From a virus: a DNA stretch of 64,000 nucleotides. The position numbers and the translations under genes are program-made. The notes beneath the pieces are model-generated. The model was not told the origin of the DNA. It searched no databases and saw only the letters and a list, made by a program, of their open reading frames with translations. This document shows positions 9,883 through 19,266 of the stretch, piece by piece. The stretch is from IMG/VR virus record IMGVR_UViG_3300037313_001261, positions 783-64,782 of that record. One strand, given 5' to 3'. Every line of letters begins with the position of its first letter. Position 1 is the first letter of the stretch.

Positions 9883-11052
9883 TCAGCACGGAATGGCTTG
9901 TTCGGCCCCGCCGCTCATCGCGCTCTGGGCCTGCTTTTTCAGCTTCTCGAAAAACTCCTGGCCCTTCCACGCCACGACCTCCGGGGGGATCGCGTACTGG
10001 CTGCCATTACCCGGCTGGGTAACGTGATCCTCGGTCGGGATCGCGCTGTCCTGCAGCGCGGCGTCGTAGTTGACGCGCTTGAGGCCGTCGGCGCCGGTCG
10101 CCACCGCCTCCGGATGCGACTGCTCGACGTCCTGGGCGATCAGGCCCATGCGGGTCTCCGGGTCGCCCTTGTAGTTGTATTTGTAGATCGGCTGGCCGTC
10201 GTCAGTCTGGCCGACCTGGGCGATGTTCTCTTTGGCGTTCTCGTCGGACAGGCTCATCATGCCGCCGAGGATGCCCCCGATCGCGCCGCCGATGCCGGAC
10301 GACGAGTTGAGGCGGGCCTTGTAGCCCTCCATCTGGGTCGAGTAGATGCCGTTGACGAGCGAGCCCCAGTTGCCGAGCGCCTGGTTGCCGGCCCCGAGAT
10401 ACTGCGTCGGCGTACCCATCGCCTGCGAGCCGGTGCCGGTGGTCGCCAGGCCCGCATTGACGGCGGAGTTGCCGGAGCCGCTCGAGCCCGCCATCGCCTG
10501 CGCGACCTGACCGGGATAGCCCTTGCCGACGTCGACCATCGAGCCCATCAGCGCGGTGCCCATGCGGTCGGTGTTCTCGCGCGCCTGGTTGCCGGCCCCG
10601 GCCCGCGCCGCGGCCTCTTGCATCCGGCTCGACACGTCGAGCGCGCCCGAGCGCACCTGCGTCGGGTCGATGCCGAAGGCTTCGAGCTGGTCCTGCGCCG
10701 CCGTGCGCGCCTGCTGGAACTGCTGGCTGACGTCGGCCTGGGCCTTGCCGGCTTCCTGCTCCTGGTACGCCTTCGACGAGTACTGCTGCGCCTTCGTGAT
10801 CATCTGGTTTTCGAGGGGCTGGTAGACGCCCTCGTACCGGTCACGATCCCGCTCGGCCCACGACTGCTGCTCGTTCATCTGGTCGAGCGCCACCTGGACC
10901 ACCTTATCGGTGACCTGGCGATCGAGCTTATACTGCTCCTTGGCCCACGCGAGCTGATCCTGGGAGGTCTGGTAGGAATACTCCGCCATCTTCTCGTTGG
11001 CGGCGGCCAGCGCGGAATAATCCGGTGGCGCTGGCGCTTTAGGCTTGCCCAT
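9883..11052 (-). CDS. DNA-ejection / internal virion protein with C-terminal peptidase S74-like chaperone domain
   Basis: Gln/Ala/Gly-rich N-terminus, then SLSDENAKENI...IYKYNYKG...GLIAQDVEQSHPEAV...VNYD. Confidence 0.65.
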   Translation of the reverse strand: MGKPKAPAPPDYSALAAANEKMAEYSYQTSQDQLAWAKEQYKLDRQVTDKVVQVALDQMNEQQSWAERDRDRYEGVYQPLENQMITKAQQYSSKAYQEQEAGKAQADVSQQFQQARTAAQDQLEAFGIDPTQVRSGALDVSSRMQEAAARAGAGNQARENTDRMGTALMGSMVDVGKGYPGQVAQAMAGSSGSGNSAVNAGLATTGTGSQAMGTPTQYLGAGNQALGNWGSLVNGIYSTQMEGYKARLNSSSGIGGAIGGILGGMMSLSDENAKENIAQVGQTDDGQPIYKYNYKGDPETRMGLIAQDVEQSHPEAVATGADGLKRVNYDAALQDSAIPTEDHVTQPGNGSQYAIPPEVVAWKGQEFFEKLKKQAQSAMSGGAEQAIPC

Positions 11053-11512
11053 CGTGTGCCCCCTTATTGGATACGTAGCCGCGTGGCTTTAATTTGAGCC
11101 ATCTGCAGTCTTCCTTATACAAGGAAAAGATAAGGCAGTCACCATCCGGGTAAACATCAGCAACAGTTGTCTCGATGGTGAACCCTGCACTGGTGTTAAA
11201 CTTGATCGCATCAGTGTTCGACGACGGCACCAGACCGATGATCTTGCGAACGCCGAGCTGGTTGAAAGCATAGTCAAACGTCATCCAAATCAGGTCACGA
11301 TTCACCCAATGCCGGACAAAGCCGGCGGTGTGGATGCCGATGGCGGCGCGGGTGTAGTTGTCGAAGATCACGCCACCCAAAAGCTCACCGTCCTTCACCC
11401 GGGCGATGACCTGGTCCATCTTCTCGTTGAACAGCCCGCCACCGGCACCCGAGAGCCGGGCGATCCGGTCGCCGTGCTCCGGGTTGTTGATCACAATGTG
11501 GTCGTGGATCAT
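11039..11512 (-). CDS. GNAT-like acetyltransferase (podoviral virion assembly protein)
   Basis: FDYAFNQLGVRKIIGLVPSSNTDAIKFNTSAGFTIE is a RimJ/RimL-type GNAT pattern. Position precedes the ejection genes. Confidence 0.7.
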   Translation of the reverse strand: MIHDHIVINNPEHGDRIARLSGAGGGLFNEKMDQVIARVKDGELLGGVIFDNYTRAAIGIHTAGFVRHWVNRDLIWMTFDYAFNQLGVRKIIGLVPSSNTDAIKFNTSAGFTIETTVADVYPDGDCLIFSLYKEDCRWLKLKPRGYVSNKGAHDGQA

Positions 11513-11560
11513 GGTTTCGGCTTCGGCTCTTGGATCACCACCGTCTGACCGGTGCGCGGG

Positions 11561-11794
11561 TTAAGAATCTCCATCGCTGAATGCCCCCAGCTCAATCAGT
11601 TCGAGTGTGTCGAGATCGACGCGGTAGCGCATCCCGACGTTGATCGGCACGCCGACGAGGTAGGTCACGTCGGGCGTGTCTTCGGCGAGGATGACGTGAT
11701 CGAGCGTGCGGCGGGTGAAATTACCTGTCAGGGTAACCTCGCCGGTGGTGACGTTGTAGCGCACGAAGGTGACATCCGCGTTGGGGTCGATCAT
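11561..11794 (-). CDS. Hypothetical tail-associated protein
   Basis: ORF coupled by a 4-nt overlap in the tail operon. Confidence 0.55.
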   Translation of the reverse strand: MIDPNADVTFVRYNVTTGEVTLTGNFTRRTLDHVILAEDTPDVTYLVGVPINVGMRYRVDLDTLELIELGAFSDGDS

Positions 11795-12882
11795 TTCGAG
11801 AACTCCACAACCGTGACGCGGCCGGACCAGCCCGAGACGGTGGTGGTCATGCGGAAGAAGTGCAGGCCGGCGCTGAGATTCTTGACGGTGTAATGGTTGG
11901 TGGTGGTAAAGAAGCCCTGCGTGGTGACCGGGTTGCCGAGCCCGTCGGTGGTGGTGGACGAAAACGTGCTCGGCGAGAACGCGTCGATCACGGTCGAGTC
12001 GACGACGACATTGTGGCTCATGCCGGTGAGCGCGCCGGTGCCGCCGGTGTAGGTGTTCGAGCGCGGGAAGATCGTGCAGATGATCAGCACCATCGAGTTG
12101 CCGCCGCGCAGGGTGAGCGGCACCGAGAGCGTGTTGTTGAGCGTCGAGCCCTGGGCCGAGCTGCCTTCCGTCACCGAGCGGTCCTCGAGCTTCGGCGTCG
12201 GGATGGTGCGGTCGATGAACTTGTCACCGGTGACCGTGCCGTTGACCAGGAGGTTGCCGTCCATCGTCACGTCGCCGGTGAAGCGGAACTTGCCGCCGCC
12301 ATAGGTGAACACGGTCTTGGCGGTGCCGGCGTCGACGAACTGGAACTTTGAGGTCTGGAACAGCATGTTGGCGCCGCCCGACGAATCGACACCGATGGTC
12401 ATGCCGGCGTACTTGGCCCCCGCCGTGAGATAAACCGAGTAGGTCGAGGTCATGCCAAAGATGTTGCCCGACGACTGCAGCATCACCGAGCCCGAGGCCG
12501 AGATGTTGTTGTACTGGGCGCTGACATTGGTGATGTCGCGCGCAAGCACGCTGTCGGCGGCGGCATAGGCCAGCTGCACCTGGGTCACGCGGGCATCGAC
12601 GGCGTTGTACGACGCCTGCAGGTCGAGGGTCTTTTGCGCCAGCGCCTTGTCGGCATCGGCGAGCGTCTCGTAGATCTCGGTGATCTTGGCGTTGGTGTTG
12701 GTGTTGCCGGAGTTAAAATCGCTCTCGAGCTCTAAGACCTTGCGCGAGGTCAGCGCGATCTCGCTCGCCACGCCGGATTGCCCGGTCATCTGCTCGATCG
12801 CTTCTTTGAGCGCGATCACGGTCTCGTACATCGAGCCGAGGTCTTTGTAGGGCTGCGGGATGGAGGGGTACTTAAACGGCAC
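11791..12882 (-). CDS. Tail tip / needle or host-specificity protein (coiled coil plus beta-rich C-terminus)
   Basis: Probable GTG start (VPFKYPSIPQ) overlapping the upstream stop. Coiled-coil region followed by AGMTIG...FQFVD...DGNLLVNGTVTGDK, similar to tail-tip C-termini. Confidence 0.55.
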   Translation of the reverse strand: MPFKYPSIPQPYKDLGSMYETVIALKEAIEQMTGQSGVASEIALTSRKVLELESDFNSGNTNTNAKITEIYETLADADKALAQKTLDLQASYNAVDARVTQVQLAYAAADSVLARDITNVSAQYNNISASGSVMLQSSGNIFGMTSTYSVYLTAGAKYAGMTIGVDSSGGANMLFQTSKFQFVDAGTAKTVFTYGGGKFRFTGDVTMDGNLLVNGTVTGDKFIDRTIPTPKLEDRSVTEGSSAQGSTLNNTLSVPLTLRGGNSMVLIICTIFPRSNTYTGGTGALTGMSHNVVVDSTVIDAFSPSTFSSTTTDGLGNPVTTQGFFTTTNHYTVKNLSAGLHFFRMTTTVSGWSGRVTVVEFSK

Positions 12883-14569
12883 GGAGCTCATCCACCGAGG
12901 TTGCGACGAACACGGAGCGCAGCGCCGCCTTGCCGGCGACCTCGAAGCGCCAGGTGTCGGACAAAAAGCCGCCGGGCAGGCGGATGATGCGGCGGTGGTC
13001 GGCCGGGGTGAACTCGGCCAGGAACACCAGCGTCTCGGCGCCGTCATTACCCAGGCAGGTAACCGTCACCGTCACGCTGTGAGCAGGATCCGCATCGCGC
13101 GCGAACATGAGCTGCAGCGCAGAAAAGTTCTGCGGGTGCTCGACCTGGAACAGTTTCGAGCGCCAGGAATAGTCGAGCGGCGCGGCGTTGTTGGGCGCGA
13201 GCTCCTGGATCGTGGTGCCGGCGAGATACCACGGCCGGCCGGAAAGAATGTCGAAGCCCGCACCTGTCACGGCGGCCGGGGCGCGGATCTTGCGCACGCC
13301 CGCGGGCATCCCCGGGGTGATGGCGTAACCGTCAGTGCCGGTGAGCCAGAACGCGTAGTCGGTGCCCCACGGGAACGCCCGGATCGCGCGCGGCGTATAG
13401 TCGGTCTGCCACTTCTCGCGGCCGATGTTGTCAGCCAGCATGGTGAACCCCTGGGGCCCGAACATCACCAGCCCATTGTCGGACGCCCACACGACGCCGT
13501 TGATGGTCGAGACGATCGACTTGCGGGCGAGGCACGGCAGCGAGACGTTGTGGGATTGCAAACTCAAGGAGTCGGCGCGGGTGCCGCTCACCGCCGCCGG
13601 GCGGCCGGTGGTGCAGACCACACAGGTGTTGCCGAACACGCCTAAGCCGACGATGGCGTGTTCGACGGTGAGCGTGTACTCGGCCGGCCATGACCAGGGT
13701 TTAAAATTTTCGGAGAAGTAGAGGTTGTTGTTCTTGAACCCGACCATGATGCCGTTGGGCATCATCGCAATGCCGTCCATCGGCGGCGGCAGCGCGTTGA
13801 AGACCGAGCCGATCGAGCCCTGGCCGGACACCACGGAGTCGGACAGGCGGTCGACATAGACGCTCTCGGCCGGCTGCAGGTCGGTGACCTTGAAGAACGT
13901 GGTCGAGCCCGACGCCCCGGTGACGGTGCGGTAGAGCCGCTTCTTGACGACGGCGGCGTGGTTGCCCTGGATCGGCGCCTGCGGGATCATCGAGATCAGC
14001 CAGTCGGCATCGCTGGGCCCGGTTCCCTCGGCCGGGCGGCCGGGCTGGCTCTCCTCGCCATAGGCGTTGATGAAGGTGACCACATAGGCCCGGGTCACGG
14101 TGCGGGCGACGTTCTGGTTGGTGGTCGGGTCGAGCTGGCCGGTGCCCGGGAGCCACTCGATGCGCATCACCGAGGTCGAGTCGGGCACGACGCCGACCTC
14201 GAACGAGGTCAGGTTGTTGATGATGTTGGCCTTGGGGGCGTATTTCAGGCCGGTCGACGGCGAGCACCAGTAGTAGCGCTCATAGCCGTCATTGACGGTC
14301 GGACCGCGCAGCACGTCGGTGTTGGGGTCGGTGAACTGCATCCAGAAGCCGGACGAGATGTCGGTGACGTCGCTGGCGGTGGGCAGGCGAAACACGTGCC
14401 GGGTCGAGGAATTGACGTTGGCGAGCACGCGCCCGGTGCCGATGCCGCGCAGGGTGCCACCGGCGTCCGAGCGCATATTGACAGCCTCCGCCGCCGCGTT
14501 GTCCGGCAGCAGGTGATCCTCGAGGATCGGCACCATGCCCTCGAAAGCGGCGAGGCGGAGGACCGTCAT
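12872..14569 (-). CDS. Tail stabilisation / nozzle-like protein
   Basis: Start MTVLRLAAFEG. RAYVVTFINAYGEES, LYFSENFKPWSWP and YSWRSKLF are typical of podoviral tail beta-propeller proteins. Confidence 0.65.
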   Translation of the reverse strand: MTVLRLAAFEGMVPILEDHLLPDNAAAEAVNMRSDAGGTLRGIGTGRVLANVNSSTRHVFRLPTASDVTDISSGFWMQFTDPNTDVLRGPTVNDGYERYYWCSPSTGLKYAPKANIINNLTSFEVGVVPDSTSVMRIEWLPGTGQLDPTTNQNVARTVTRAYVVTFINAYGEESQPGRPAEGTGPSDADWLISMIPQAPIQGNHAAVVKKRLYRTVTGASGSTTFFKVTDLQPAESVYVDRLSDSVVSGQGSIGSVFNALPPPMDGIAMMPNGIMVGFKNNNLYFSENFKPWSWPAEYTLTVEHAIVGLGVFGNTCVVCTTGRPAAVSGTRADSLSLQSHNVSLPCLARKSIVSTINGVVWASDNGLVMFGPQGFTMLADNIGREKWQTDYTPRAIRAFPWGTDYAFWLTGTDGYAITPGMPAGVRKIRAPAAVTGAGFDILSGRPWYLAGTTIQELAPNNAAPLDYSWRSKLFQVEHPQNFSALQLMFARDADPAHSVTVTVTCLGNDGAETLVFLAEFTPADHRRIIRLPGGFLSDTWRFEVAGKAALRSVFVATSVDELRAV

Positions 14570-14573
14570 GATC

Positions 14574-14939
14574 TTAAGCCTTGGCGAAGAAGGCGAGCAG
14601 CTCGGCCTTGAGCTCGTTCTTGCTCTTGCCGTGGATGCCAAGCGGAGTGGCGATGGCGCGCAGGCCCTCGATGCCGTCGGCCTGGATCACCGCGTCGAGC
14701 TCCTCGGCGGTGTAGGCCTTGGCGTCGGAAACCACCGTCGGACCGACCGCCTGACCGGCTTCGAAGTTACCGACGCCGGTAACGGTAAGCACGACCGGCT
14801 CGGCGGGATCGACGGGGGCGGGTTCGGCGGCATCGACGGGGGCGGGTTCTTCGGTGGCGATCATCGCCTGGATCTCAGCCAGGCGCTTGCGGCCGGACTC
14901 GAGTTCCGCCTCACGGCGGGCGTCGCTGGAAACGGACAT
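14574..14939 (-). CDS. Hypothetical protein
   Basis: ATG at 14939 with upstream AGGAG. C-terminus LRAIATPLGIHGKSKNELKAELL looks like a HeH/Rho-N-like motif. Confidence 0.55.
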   Translation of the reverse strand: MSVSSDARREAELESGRKRLAEIQAMIATEEPAPVDAAEPAPVDPAEPVVLTVTGVGNFEAGQAVGPTVVSDAKAYTAEELDAVIQADGIEGLRAIATPLGIHGKSKNELKAELLAFFAKA

Positions 14940-15094
14940 GGGGAATTGGCTCCTGTGGGGTGAATCCCTGGTGAAAACAGCCGAAACAGGGGTCAAACCC
15001 AGGCGAAGCCTAGTAGTAATGCCCCTGCCTCAAGATTACCTCTTTGGGTAATTGATCTGTTCTACCACAAAATACTTGACAGAGCCAAGAGCAC

Positions 15095-15403
15095 TTACTT
15101 GGACAAGCTATCCAGCTTGCGCTCGACACGGATCATCAGCTCCTTGAGCGTGCCGACATCCTGCTTGAGCGTGTCAAAGCCTTCGATCTTCTTCTGCAGC
15201 TGATCGACCTTGTCGCGGTACTGTGCCGCCGACACCTCACGGGTGAGGATGCGGGCCTCGAGATCTTCCATCTTGTTGAAGGAATAGCCGACCCAGGCGG
15301 AGCTCATCGAGAACAGGATCACCAACAGCCCCCACGCGGGAATCGTGCCGTCCAACTTCCAGACCCTCGGCGGTGTGTTATCCACCTGATTGCGCGTGTT
15401 CAT
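15095..15403 (-). CDS. Hypothetical membrane protein (lysis region)
   Basis: One TM helix followed by a coiled coil. Confidence 0.55.
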   Translation of the reverse strand: MNTRNQVDNTPPRVWKLDGTIPAWGLLVILFSMSSAWVGYSFNKMEDLEARILTREVSAAQYRDKVDQLQKKIEGFDTLKQDVGTLKELMIRVERKLDSLSK

Positions 15404-15689
15404 TCGTGCCCCCACGAGTTGTAAGATCGTTGTACCACGCGAGGAATCGAACACCGCATTGCTGATTGATCCGAACCCGCACACGGTCCTGTTTCCATAG
15501 GGTTTCGACTTCAGCCACACTAAGAACACGATCAGGAACATCCACCACTCCCTTAAAACAGGTCTGGATGTCTGTCGGCACGGGCGGAAACTCGAATGTC
15601 ACAGCCACGGGCGGGCGATCAGCGGATGTCGCGCACGCGCCGAGCAGCATCAGCATCGAGGCAACGGTCAGCGTTTTGAGGTGTTTCAT
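15378..15689 (-). CDS. o-spanin (Rz1-like lipoprotein)
   Basis: Lipobox LLGAC, Pro-rich, overlaps the i-spanin in another frame. Confidence 0.7.
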   Translation of the reverse strand: MKHLKTLTVASMLMLLGACATSADRPPVAVTFEFPPVPTDIQTCFKGVVDVPDRVLSVAEVETLWKQDRVRVRINQQCGVRFLAWYNDLTTRGGTNEHAQSGG

Positions 15690-15945
15690 GGGCAAGCTCA
15701 TCGAGGCGTTCGAGCGCGAGCTGGTCCTGGGCGAAGCGGATCGCGTTCTGGGCGTTGGCGGTGTTGATCTGGCGGAGGTTCTCCTCCTTCTGCTCGATCA
15801 CGGCCAGGAGCTGCATGTTGCGGTCCTGGTACTGCTGCAGCTGGGCTTCGAGCTGCGCCTTCTCACGCCCAGCGTGGTAGAGGCCATAGGCGAACGCCGC
15901 CACGAGCAAGGCACAGATCACGTTGAGGATCACACGCGAGGACAT
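15619..15945 (-). CDS. i-spanin (Rz-like)
   Basis: N-terminal TM helix plus coiled coil, directly after the endolysin. Confidence 0.7.
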   Translation of the reverse strand: MSSRVILNVICALLVAAFAYGLYHAGREKAQLEAQLQQYQDRNMQLLAVIEQKEENLRQINTANAQNAIRFAQDQLALERLDELAHETPQNADRCLDADAARRVRDIR

Positions 15946-15949
15946 CTTT

Positions 15950-16429
15950 TCACGTCCTCACGCAGTAGTCGGTTTCCTGCCGCCGCCGATCGGTCAGTCC
16001 GCGCCAGACCACGCCGCCGGCCTTGTTCCACTTGAGGAACATCTGGCAGGCTTCGAGGTCCTTACCCGCCCGGGTAAGACGGGCCACCGAGGACGAGCAG
16101 TAGTTTCCCAACCCGATGTTGTAGGCGAGCGACAGGTGCGCCAGGTAGCGCGTGTCGGGCGTGCGCTTCTCGTCCTTGAGCGACGGCACGCACTTCTCGA
16201 TGCCGTCACCGAACTCGTCGAGCCGGGCGATGAATTTTTGATCGCACTCGGCCTTGGTGAAGACCATGCCGGCGCGAATGCCCTTGGTCTCGCCGTAGCA
16301 CGCCGTCCACACGCCGATGACGTCGCGGTAGGCGAACAGCTTCAGGCCTTCCTTCTGGCCGATGAACGCGCACGCCAGCGCCGCGAGCCCGGCGGTGCCG
16401 TTGCGGGCATGGGTCTTGAGGCGGCTCAT
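15950..16429 (-). CDS. Endolysin, GH24 lysozyme with probable SAR N-terminus
   Basis: EG...AYRDVIGVWTACYGET catalytic E-D-T pattern, GLTDRRRQE, and a weakly hydrophobic Ala/Gly-rich N-terminus. Confidence 0.9.
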   Translation of the reverse strand: MSRLKTHARNGTAGLAALACAFIGQKEGLKLFAYRDVIGVWTACYGETKGIRAGMVFTKAECDQKFIARLDEFGDGIEKCVPSLKDEKRTPDTRYLAHLSLAYNIGLGNYCSSSVARLTRAGKDLEACQMFLKWNKAGGVVWRGLTDRRRQETDYCVRT

Positions 16430-16668
16430 TTGGCTGCCCCGTAATCCACCTCGTCGTTGCCGGTGTCGGGCTTGTCGGAAAGACCCTGCTGCACGATGCG
16501 GCCGACGCCGATCGCGCCGAGCAGGGCGACGAAGGCCCAGACCGGCAGATCGCCCATATCGGCGAATTTGAGGATCACCTCCGCGCCGATGCCGAGATAG
16601 ACCAACCAATGCGTGATCGACTTGCCGAGCAGCTGTTTCCAGTTCGGCACCAGCGAAATGTTGAACAT
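16426..16668 (-). CDS. Holin (putative)
   Basis: 80 aa with two TM segments, immediately upstream of the endolysin. Confidence 0.65.
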   Translation of the reverse strand: MFNISLVPNWKQLLGKSITHWLVYLGIGAEVILKFADMGDLPVWAFVALLGAIGVGRIVQQGLSDKPDTGNDEVDYGAAK

Positions 16669-16698
16669 GTTTGCCCCCCGTTACCTCGTGGGTAACTG

Positions 16699-18261
16699 TT
16701 AGTTCGGTAGCCAGACCTTGACGTAATCCACCACCATGTCGTGCGTGCCCGAGGCCTGCGAGACTTCATCCGGATTCATAGCGAGCGAGACGATCGGATA
16801 GAACTTCGCGCGCGTGAACTCCGGCCGGTCGCCGATGTAGATGCGGGCCAGCTCGATGCCGTCCATGTAGTAGAAGATGTAGTCGCTGGTGATCAGGCAG
16901 CTGTAGACGTGGAACGCGCCGTCGAACATGTTCAGCCCGAGCGACGCGACCTCGTTCGAGCCGGTGCCGCGGTGGATCGGATCCTGGTCGCTGATCGTCA
17001 CGTGCAGCGAGGCATGGTGGCCGTCGTCCGTGCCATAGGCCTCGATGATGTCGACCTCGATGCGCTCCGAGACGCCCGAGCCGTTGTCGTCGACCTGGGA
17101 AATCAGCCAGAACGCGTACCACGGGCCCTTGGTGTCGGGCGGGCCGAACTTGGCCCGCATCTCCCAATAGCCCTTGGTCTTGGTGTAGCCGACATAGCGC
17201 CAGTCGGCGAGCTGGCACGAGCCCGCCTGCCAGGTGCCGCCGGAGTTCTGCATCGTGATGGTGAGCGAGCCGGCGTTCTTGCTGTAGGAGAACGGGTTCG
17301 GCTTGCCCGACGGGCGGAACGCCGGGTCGGGGTCCATGAAGGTCGCCGCGCCGTACTGGATGACGGGCGAGAACCACGAGCCCACGGGCTTCATGTCGAC
17401 GCCGGCCGGGTCGCCGTCGATGGTGTAGTTCGAGGACACCAGCTTGGTCGAGTCGGTGAACTGATCGGTGAAGTTGACGGTGTGCGCCGTGAGATCGAGC
17501 GAGCTGGCGCCCTTGTGCGACATGTCGACGTCGAGTGAGGCCGGCGGCGCGACGGCGCGGGGCTCCCAGATCAGGTCGAAGCCCTGGTAGATGCGCTGCA
17601 CCAGCGTCGAGCCGACATAGAAATCGCCCGGCGTGGCGGTGCCGACACGGGCTCCCGTGAGCGCCACGTGGCCAGCGCCGGCGGCGACGAGCTGAAGCGA
17701 CCACGTGCGCCAGCCCGAGGAGGTGCCCCCCGGCGCGAACGAAAAGCCGCCCATGCCAGTCTCGCCCTGGCCGGTGTCAAGGATCACGGTCTCGTCGCCC
17801 GAGTCCTGAGAGTCGGCGCGCAGGATCCAATCAGAGCCCGGGTTCTCGATGGCGGTGTTGCCGGAACGGTGCGAGGCCGCGATGACCACCCAGCTTGTGC
17901 CGTCGTCACCCAGCAGGACCGCCGGCCAAGTCATCGGTGAGCCCGTGCCGGTGGTCATGGCATGGTCGCCCCAGCCGGAGCAGCCACGATAAATCGCAAC
18001 CGCCACCGAGGTCGCGTTGGCAAACGTCACCGCGCCAGCGGTGCCGTCGGACATCTTGCACGCCATGATGCCGGCGGTGGAACCGCCGGTGCCGGGATCG
18101 GGCGACTCCACGTCGGTCCAGGTGCCGTCAGCCGGCAGCGAGGGCGCGGTCGAGGAGCCGTCGCGGAACGCGACCGCCACGATGAGATCGCCGGCCGCGT
18201 GCGCCGGGATGGTGACGGTGTTGGTCAGGCCGGACGCCCCGGCGACAAAGGAGATCGCCAT
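16699..18261 (-). CDS. Tail-associated protein with C-terminal GH16 glycoside hydrolase-like domain
   Basis: GYWEMRAKF...WYAFWL...EVDIIE (ExDxxE) ...FHVYS...DYVKVW. Confidence 0.75.
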   Translation of the reverse strand: MAISFVAGASGLTNTVTIPAHAAGDLIVAVAFRDGSSTAPSLPADGTWTDVESPDPGTGGSTAGIMACKMSDGTAGAVTFANATSVAVAIYRGCSGWGDHAMTTGTGSPMTWPAVLLGDDGTSWVVIAASHRSGNTAIENPGSDWILRADSQDSGDETVILDTGQGETGMGGFSFAPGGTSSGWRTWSLQLVAAGAGHVALTGARVGTATPGDFYVGSTLVQRIYQGFDLIWEPRAVAPPASLDVDMSHKGASSLDLTAHTVNFTDQFTDSTKLVSSNYTIDGDPAGVDMKPVGSWFSPVIQYGAATFMDPDPAFRPSGKPNPFSYSKNAGSLTITMQNSGGTWQAGSCQLADWRYVGYTKTKGYWEMRAKFGPPDTKGPWYAFWLISQVDDNGSGVSERIEVDIIEAYGTDDGHHASLHVTISDQDPIHRGTGSNEVASLGLNMFDGAFHVYSCLITSDYIFYYMDGIELARIYIGDRPEFTRAKFYPIVSLAMNPDEVSQASGTHDMVVDYVKVWLPN

Positions 18262-18264
18262 GGC

Positions 18265-19263
18265 TTACCCGTTGATCACATACAGCGTGGTGGTGCTCTT
18301 GGTGCCGAGCGCGTCATAGGCCGACTGGGTCAGCGCCACGATCGCCGTGATGCCCGTGCCGGTGACGCCGACGCTGTCGGCGGCGTTCACCCACTGTGAG
18401 CCGTTGTACTTGAGCACCTGGCCGTTCGACGGGGTGGACACGGTCACATCGGTCAGCGCGTCGAGGTTGGTCGGGATCGACAGCGAGGTGTTGATCCACT
18501 GCGTGCCGTTGTAGGCCAGCACCTGGCCGCTGGTGGCGCCAACGGTCTGCACGCCGGTAAGCGAGCCGAGGGCGTGGTTGTGGGTGGTGGGCGACTTCTC
18601 GCTGTCGAGTTCGGCGAGCGCCCCCTGCACGTTGGTGGCGGCGATGTTACCCACCGGGGTAAACGCCAGCTCAGAGGCCGTGGTCGCGCCGCCGCCGGAG
18701 CCGGAACCGGTCGCGTCGACATCATTGACCCACTGCGAGCCATTGAACTTCAGCACCTGCCCGGCCGCGGGCGAGGTCAGCGTCACGTCGGTGAGCGCGT
18801 CGAGGTTGGACGCGCCGCCGCCCAGGGTCACGGTGGTGTTGACCCAGTTCGTGCCATTGTACTGCAGCATCTGGCCGGTCGTGGGCGCGGCCACCACAAC
18901 GTCGGTGAGCGAGTCGAGGTTGGTGGCGCTGTTGTCGGTGCCGTTGACCCACTTGGTGCCATCCCACTTGATCACCTGGCCGACGGCCGGGGTGGTGATC
19001 GTGACGTCGGTGAGCGTGCTCATGCTCGATGAGCCGCCCGTGCCACCCGTGGCGTCCGCGCCGTTGACCCAGCGCGTGCCGTTCCATTTCAGCACCTGGC
19101 CGGCAACCGGCGTGGTGATGGTCACGTTCGACAACTGGTTGAGCGCCGGCGTGCCGGGATACGGGCTGACCAGGGTGATCGAGTACTCGCCGGTCGTGCC
19201 GGGCTTCTCGATCACCGTAAAATCAGAGGAAAAGTCGATCGTCTTGATCGGATCGTCGGCCAT
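18265..19263 (-). CDS. Tail fibre-like repeat protein
   Basis: Six repeats of LxxLxDVxxxxPxxGQVLxxNGxxWVN. Confidence 0.75.
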   Translation of the reverse strand: MADDPIKTIDFSSDFTVIEKPGTTGEYSITLVSPYPGTPALNQLSNVTITTPVAGQVLKWNGTRWVNGADATGGTGGSSSMSTLTDVTITTPAVGQVIKWDGTKWVNGTDNSATNLDSLTDVVVAAPTTGQMLQYNGTNWVNTTVTLGGGASNLDALTDVTLTSPAAGQVLKFNGSQWVNDVDATGSGSGGGATTASELAFTPVGNIAATNVQGALAELDSEKSPTTHNHALGSLTGVQTVGATSGQVLAYNGTQWINTSLSIPTNLDALTDVTVSTPSNGQVLKYNGSQWVNAADSVGVTGTGITAIVALTQSAYDALGTKSTTTLYVING

Positions 19264-19266
19264 AGA

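Noticed and set aside
26-11097. Very long plus-strand ORFs (e.g. 1280-4717, 6065-8890, 8775-10022)
   Set aside because: Antisense shadows of GC3-biased minus-strand virion genes. They are Arg/Leu/Val/Gly-rich with no recognisable motifs.
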